From assembly GCA_964057225.1 (NCBI GenBank), contig OZ059896.1, positions 11,780,001 to 11,844,000 of the forward strand: a stretch of 64,000 bases of DNA, read 5' to 3'. A program made the translations under genes and the position numbers. Positions 56,901-64,000 of this stretch are shown in pieces; within the stretch, counting starts at the first letter, position 1, and every line of letters starts with the position of its first letter. Source of the stretch: Auanema rhodensis (Eukaryota > Animalia > Nematoda). Below the pieces are notes generated by a model. It did no database searches and was not told the origin of the DNA. It saw nothing but the letters and a program-made list of their open reading frames with translations.

Positions 56901-59900
56901 AATTTAAATGTTTTTTAATGATTGAAAATTTAAAAAATGAAATTATGAAATTGTGGTAGAATTAAAAAATTGTATAAAATATGGGATTAAATAAAATAGA
57001 TGGAGTGAAATGGTTTAGAAAATACAAAATATTTAAATGTTTCAGTTTTTGAGCATCACAATACTGAAATTTAAATGTTTTTCAATGATTAAAATATTAA
57101 AAAATGAAATTATGAAATAGTGGTAAAAATATAAAATTGTTTAAAATATGGGATTAAATAAAAGAGATGGAGTGAAATGGTTTAGAAAATATAAAATATT
57201 TAAATGTTCCAGTTTTTGAGCATCACAATATTGAAATTTAAGTGTTTTTTAATGATTAAAAATTTTAAGAATGAAATTATGAAATAGTGGTAAAAATATA
57301 AAATTGTTCAAAATATGGGATTAAATAAAAGAGATGGAGTGAAATGGTTTAGAAAATACAAAATATTTAAATGTTTCAGTTTTTGATCATCACAATATTG
57401 AAATTTAAATGTTTTTTAATGATGAAAAATTTAAGAATGAAATTATGAAATAGTGGTAGAATTATGAAATTGTTTAAAATATGGAATTAAATAAAATAGA
57501 TGTAGTGAAATGGTTTAGAAAATACAAAATATTTAAATGTTTCAGTTTTTGAGCATCACAATATTGAAATTTAAATGTTTTTTAATGATTAAAAATTTGA
57601 AAAATGAAATTATGAAATTGTGGTAGAAATATAAAATTGTTTAAAATATGGAATTAAATAAAATAGATGGAGTGAAATGGTTTAGAAAATACAAAATATT
57701 TGAATGTTTCAGTTTTGATCATCACAATATTAAAATTTAAATGTTTTTTAATAATTAAAAACTTAAAAAATAAGATTATGAAATAGTGGTAAAAATATAA
57801 AATTGTTTAAAATATGGGATTAAATAAAATAGATGGAGTGAAATGGTTTAGAAAATACAAAATATTTGAATGTTTCAGTTTTTGAACATCACAATATTAA
57901 AATTTAAATGTTTTTTAATGATTGAAAATTTAAAAAATGAAATTATGAAATTGTGGTAGAATTAAAAAATTGTATAAAATATGGGATTAAATAAAATAGA
58001 TGGAGTGAAATGGTTTAGAAAATACAAAATATTTAAATGTTTCAGTTTTTGAGCATCACAATACTGAAATTTAAATGTTTTTCAATGATTAAAATATTAA
58101 AAAATGAAATTATGAAATAGTGGTAAAAATATAAAATTGTTTAAAATATGGGATTAAATAAAAGAGATGGAGTGAAATGGTTTAGAAAATATAAAATATT
58201 TAAATGTTCCAGTTTTTGAGCATCACAATATTGAAATTTAAGTGTTTTTTAATGATTAAAAATTTTAAGAATGAAATTATGAAATAGTGGTAAAAATATA
58301 AAATTGTTCAAAATATGGGATTAAATAAAAGAGATGGAGTGAAATGGTTTAGAAAATACAAAATATTTAAATGTTTCAGTTTTTGATCATCACAATATTG
58401 AAATTTAAATGTTTTTTAATGATGAAAAATTTAAGAATGAAATTATGAAATAGTGGTAGAATTATGAAATTGTTTAAAATATGGAATTAAATAAAATAGA
58501 TGTAGTGAAATGGTTTAGAAAATACAAAATATTTAAATGTTTCAGTTTTTGAGCATCACAATATTGAAATTTAAATGTTTTTTAATGATTAAAAATTTGA
58601 AAAATGAAATTATGAAATTGTGGTAGAAATATAAAATTGTTTAAAATATGGAATTAAATAAAAGAGATGGAGTGAAATGGTTTAGAAAATATAAAATATT
58701 TAAATGTTTCAGTTTTTGATCATCACAATATTGAAATTTAAATGTTTTTTAATAATTAAAAATTTAAAAATTTAAAAAATGAAATTATGAAATAGTGGTA
58801 ACAATATAAAATTGTTTAAAATATGGGATTAAATAAAAGAGATGGAGTGAAATGGTTTAGAAAATACAAAATATTTAAATGTTTCAGTTTTTGAGCATCA
58901 CAATATTGAAATTTAAATGTTTTTTAATGTTTAAAAATTTTAAGAATGAAATTATGAAATAGTGGTAAAAATATAAAATTGTTTAAAATATGAGATTAAA
59001 TAAAAGAGATGGAGTGAAATGGTTTAGAAAATACAAAATATTTGAATGTTTCAGTTTTTGATCATCACAATATTGAAATTTAAATGTTTTTTAATAATTA
59101 AAAATTTAAAAATTTAAAAAATGAAATTATGAAATTGTGGTAGAATTAAAAAATTGTATAAAATATGGGATTAAATAAAATAGATGGAGTGAAATGGTTT
59201 AGAAAATACAAAATATTTAAATGTTTCAGTTTTTGAGCATCACAATACTGAAATTTAAATGTTTTTCAATGATTAAAATATTAAAAAATGAAATTATGAA
59301 ATAGTGGTAGAAATATAAAATTGTTTAAAATATGGAATTAAATAAAAGAGATGGAGTGAAATGGTTTAGAAAATACAAAATATTTAAATGTTTCAGTTTT
59401 TGAGCATCACAATACTGAAATTTAAATGTTTTTCAATGATTAAAATATTAAAAAATGAAATTATGAAATAGTGGTAGAAATATAAAATTGTTTAAAATAT
59501 GGAATTAAATAAAAGAGATGGAGTGAAATGGTTTAGAAAAAACAAAATATTTGAATGTTTCAGTTTTTGATCATCACAATATTGAAATTTAAATGTTTTT
59601 TAATGATTGAAAATTTAAAAAATGAAATTATGAAATTGTGGTAGAATTAAAAAATTGTATAAAATATGGGATTAAATAAAATAGATAGAGTGAAATGGTT
59701 TAGAAAATACAAAATATTTAAATGTTTCAGTTTTTGAGCATCACAATATTGAAATTTAAATGTTTTTTAATGATTAAAAATTTGAAAAATGAAATTATGA
59801 AATTGTGGTAGAAATATAAAATTGTTTAAAATATGGGATTAAATAAAATAGATGGAGTGAAATGGTTTAGAAAATACAAAATATTTGAATGTTTCAGTTT

Positions 59901-60500
59901 TTGATCATCACAATATTGAAATTTAAATGTTTTTTAATGATTAAAAATTTGAAAAATGAAATTATGAAATTGTGGTAGAAATATAAAATTGTTTAAAATA
60001 TGGGATTAAATAAAAGAGATGGAGTGAAATGGTTTAGAAAATACAAAATATTTAAATGTTTCAGTTTTTGAGCATCACAATATTGAAATTTAAATGTTTT
60101 TTAATGATTAAAAATTTGAAAAATGAAATTATGAAATAGTGGTAAAAATATAAAATTGTTTAAAATATGGGATTAAATAAAAGAGATGGAGTGAAATGGT
60201 TTAGAAAATACAAAATATTTAAATGTTTCAGTTTTGATCATCACAAATTTGAAATTTAAATGTTTTTTAATAATTAAAAATTTAAGAATTTAAAAAATGA
60301 AATTATGAAATAGTGGTGAAAATATAAAATTGTTTAAAATATGGGATTAAATAAAATAGATGGAGTGAAATGGTTTAGAAAATACAAAATATTTAAATGT
60401 TTCAGTTTTTGAGCATCACAATATTGAAATTTAAATGTTTTTTAATGTTTAAAAATTTTAAGAATGAAATTATGAAATAGTGGTAAAAATATAAAATTGT
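50900..60500 (+). repeat. Satellite domain C' (second C-type block)
   Basis: TGAACATC at 52364, 53707, 54707, 55541, 56884 and 57884; GTTCTTG at 51694, 53037 and 56214; TTCCAG and TGTTCAAAA present. Confidence 0.8.
52273..58502 (+). repeat. HOR, 19 monomers (3177 bp) x about 2, built from 8-mer (1343), 6-mer (1000) and 5-mer (834) sub-blocks
   Basis: TGAACATC pairs 52364/55541, 53707/56884 and 54707/57884; AAAACTTAAAA at 54585/57762. All offsets are 3177. Confidence 0.9.
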
Positions 60501-63500
60501 TTAAAATATGGGATTAAATAAAATAGATGGAGTTAAATGGTTTAGAAAATACAAAATATTTAAATGTTTCAGTTTTTGAGCATCACAATACTGAAATTTA
60601 AATGTTTTTCAATGATTAAAATATTAAAAAATGAAATTATGAAATTGTGGTAGAAATATAAAATTGTTTAAAAAATGGAATTAAATAAAAGAGATGGAGT
60701 GAAATGGTTTAGAAATTACAGAATATTTAAATGTTTCAGTTTTTGAGCATCACAATATTGAAATTTAAATGTTTTTTAATGATTAAAAATTTGAAAAATG
60801 AAATTATGAAATTGTGGTAGAAATATAAAATTGTTTAAAATATGGAATTAAATAAAAGAGATGGAGTGAAATGGTTTAGAAAATATAAAATATTTAAATG
60901 TTTCAGTTTTTGATCATCACAATATTGAAATTTAAATGTTTTTTAATAATTAAAAATTTAAAAATTTAAAAAATGAAATTATGAAATAGTGGTAACAATA
61001 TAAAATTGTTTAAAATATGGGATTAAATAAAAGAGATGGAGTGAAATGGTTTAGAAAATACAAAATATTTAAATGTTTCAGTTTTTGAGCATCACAATAT
61101 TGAAATTTAAATGTTTTTTAATGTTTAAAAATTTTAAGAATGAAATTATGAAATAGTGGTAAAAATATGAAATTGTTTAAAATATGAGATTAAATAAAAG
61201 AGATGGAGTGAAATGGTTTAGAAAATACAAAATATTTGAATGTTTCAGTTTTTGATCATCACAATATTGAAATTTAAATGTTTTTTAATAATTAAAAATT
61301 TAAAAATTTAAAAAATGAAATTATGAAATTGTGGTAGAATTAAAAAATTGTATAAAATATGGGATTAAATAAAATAGATGGAGTGAAATGGTTTAGAAAA
61401 TACAAAATATTTAAATGTTTCAGTTTTTGAGCATCACAATACTGAAATTTAAATGTTTTTCAATGATTAAAATATTAAAAAATGAAATTATGAAATAGTG
61501 GTAGAAATATAAAATTGTTTAAAATATGGAATTGAATAAAAGAGATGGAGTGAAATGGTTTAGAAAATACAAAATATTTAAATGTTTCAGTTTTTGAGCA
61601 TCACAATACTGAAATTTAAATGTTTTTCAATGATTAAAATATTAAAAAATGAAAATATGAAATAGTGGTAGAAATATAAAATTGTTTAAAATATGGAATT
61701 AAATAAAAGAGATGGAGTGAAATGGTTTAGAAAAAACAAAATATTTGAATGTTTCAGTTTTTGATCATCACAATATTGAAATTTAAATGTTTTTTAATGA
61801 TTGAAAATTTAAAAAATGAAATTATGAAATTGTGGTAGAATTAAAATATTGTATAAAATATGGGATTAAATAAAATAGATGGAGTTAAATGGTTTAGAAA
61901 ATACAAAATATTTAAATGTTTCAGTTTTTGAGCATCACAATACTGAAATTTAAATGTTTTTCAATGATTAAAATATTAAAAAATGAAATTATGAAATTGT
62001 GGTAGAAATATAAAATTGTTTAAAAAATGGAATTAAATAAAAGAGATGGAGTGAAATGGTTTAGAAATTACAGAATATTTAAATGTTTCAGTTTTTGAGC
62101 ATCACAATATTGAAATTTAAATGTTTTTTAATGATTAAAAATTTGAAAAATGAAATTATGAAATTGTGGTAGAAATATAAAATTGTTTAAAATATGGAAT
62201 TAAATAAAAGAGATGGAGTGAAATGGTTTAGAAATTATAAAATATTTAAATGTTTCAGTTTTTGATCATCACAATATTGAAATTTAAATGTTTTTTAATA
62301 ATTAAAAATTTAAAAATTTAAAAAATGAAATTATGAAATAGTGGTAACAATATAAAATTGTTTAAAATATGGGATTAAATAAAAGAGATGGAGTGAAATG
62401 GTTTAGAAAATACAAAATATTTGAATGTTTCAGTTTTTGATCATCACAATATTGAAATTTAAATGTTTTTTAATGTTTAAAAATTTTAAGAAAGAAATTA
62501 TGAAATAGTGGTAAAAATATAAAATTGTTTAAAATATGAGATTAAATAAAAGAGATGGAGTGAAATGGTTTAGAAAATACAAAATATTTGAATGTTTCAG
62601 TTTTTGATCATCACAATATTGAAATTTAAATGTTTTTTAATAATTAAAAATTTAAAAATTTAAAAAATGAAATTATGAAATTGTGGTAGAATTAAAAAAT
62701 TGTATAAAATATGGGATTAAATAAAATAGATGGAGTGAAATGGTTTAGAAAATACAAAATATTTAAATGTTTCAGTTTTTGAGCATCACAATACTGAAAT
62801 TTAAATGTTTTTCAATGATTAAAATATTAAAAAATGAAATTATGAAATAGTGGTAGAAATATAAAATTGTTTAAAATATGGAATTAAATAAAAGAGATGG
62901 AGTGAAATGGTTTAGAAAATACAAAATATTTAAATGTTTCAGTTTTTGAGCATCACAATACTGAAATTTAAATGTTTTTCAATGATTAAAATATTAAAAA
63001 ATGAAATTATGAAATAGTGGTAGAAATATAAAATTGTTTAAAATATGGAATTAAATAAAAGAGATGGAGTGAAATGGTTTAGAAAAAACAAAATATTTGA
63101 ATGTTTCAGTTTTTGATCATCACAATATTGAAATTTAAATGTTTTTTAATGATTGAAAATTTAAAAAATGAAATTATGAAATTGTGGTAGAATTAAAAAA
63201 TTGTATAAAATATGGGATAAAATAAAATAGATAGAGTGAAATGGTTTAGAAAATACAAAATATTTAAATGTTTCAGTTTTTGAGCATCACAATATTGAAA
63301 TTTAAATGTTTTTTAATGATTAAAAATTTGAAAAATGAAATTATGAAATTGTGGTAGAAATATAAAATTGTTTAAAATATGGAATTAAATAAAAGAGATG
63401 GAGTGAAATGGTTTAGAAAATATAAAATATTTAAATGTTTCAGTTTTTGATCATCACAATATTGAAATTTAAATGTTTTTTAATAATTAAAATATTAAAA

Positions 63501-64000
63501 AATGAAAATATGAAATAGTGGTAGAAATATAAAATTGTTTAAAATATGGAATTAAATAAAAGAGATGGAGTGAAATGGTTTAGAAAATACAAAATATTTA
63601 AATGTTTCAGTTTTTGATCATCACAATACTGAAATTTAAATGTTTTTCAATGATTAAAATATTAAAAAATGAAATTATGAAATAGTGGTAGAAATATAAA
63701 ATTGTTTAAAATATGGAATTGAATAAAAGAGATGGAGTGAAATGGTTTAGAAAATACAAAATATTTAAATGTTTCAGTTTTTGAGCATCACAATACTGAA
63801 ATTTAAATGTTTTTCAATGATTAAAATATTAAAAAATGAAAATATGAAATAGTGGTAGAAATATAAAATTGTTTAAAATATGGAATTAAATAAAAGAGAT
63901 GGAGTGAAATGGTTTAGAAAAAACAAAATATTTGAATGTTTCAGTTTTTGATCATCACAATATTGAAATTTAAATGTTTTTTAATGATTGAAAATTTAAA

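Larger units (their letters stand above)
1..64000 (+). repeat. Tandem satellite DNA array, 167-bp AT-rich monomer, about 380 head-to-tail copies (length variants of about 165-168 and 174-175 bp); probable eukaryotic centromeric/pericentromeric heterochromatin
   Basis: The monomer start TATGG recurs at 1, 167, 334, 501, 668 and onward. The landmarks GATGGAGTGAAATGGTTTAG, TTTCAGTTTTTGA(G/T)CATCACAATA and ATGAAATTATGAAAT(A/T)GTGGTA recur in the same order and orientation to the end of the window. The consensus has about 26 G and 5 C per 167 nt (about 19% GC). The array runs off both window ends. Confidence 0.99.

Noticed and set aside
1-64000. Protein-coding or repeat-protein ORF
   Set aside because: The consensus monomer has stop codons in all three frames on both strands (e.g. 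+ strand TAA at 9 and 13, TGA at 71), and 167 is not a multiple of 3.
1-64000. CRISPR array or other repeat-spacer system
   Set aside because: There are no unique spacers. The entire unit repeats with only point variants, and no cas genes or leader are present.
1-64000. Primate alpha satellite, CENP-B box, or Arabidopsis CEN178
   Set aside because: The length is similar, but GC is only about 19%, no CpG was seen (the CENP-B box needs CG dinucleotides), and I recognise no sequence similarity.
1-64000. Telomeric repeat, G-quadruplex, or 5S/tRNA/SL-RNA tandem gene array
   Set aside because: There is no short telomeric unit, only one GGG per monomer, and no recognisable pol III boxes or RNA-gene structure at this AT content.
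1-64000. Transposon insertion, inversion or unique island hidden in the array
   Set aside because: Reading end to end, every stretch fits the monomer in the same orientation, and the largest deviation seen is an 8-bp insertion.
1-64000. Variant pattern as an information-bearing code or diversity-generating system
   Set aside because: The variant combinations are explained by block duplication, in-register deletion and conversion. No template/variable pair or enzyme gene is present.

Overview
The whole 64,000-bp window is one uninterrupted, head-to-tail array of a 167-bp, about 81% AT satellite monomer (roughly 380 copies, all in one orientation). Consensus: TATGGGATTAAATAAAATAGATGGAGTGAAATGGTTTAGAAAATACAAAATATTTAAATGTTTCAGTTTTTGAGCATCACAATATTGAAATTTAAATGTTTTTTAATGATTAAAAATTTGAAAAATGAAATTATGAAAT(A/T)GTGGTAGAAATATAAAATTGTTTAAAA. 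I find no coding sequence, RNA gene, transposon insertion, CRISPR array or unique sequence, and no support for a new gene-based system. The notable features are architectural. (1) Each monomer carries a 56-nt near-perfect inverted repeat, a potential hairpin or cruciform. (2) Diagnostic SNPs and indels reveal nested higher-order repeats (HORs) with periods of 1, 3, 4, 5, 6, 7, 8, 11, 13/14 and 19 monomers, plus long-range block copies at offsets 4870, 6047, 15098 and 16210 bp. (3) Two variant subfamilies alternate in domains along the array but share one ordered core cassette of about 7 monomers. This resembles eukaryotic centromeric or pericentromeric satellite DNA. That reading is an inference: neither organism nor function can be assigned from sequence alone. 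All coordinates were read by eye from marker variants, so block boundaries are approximate.
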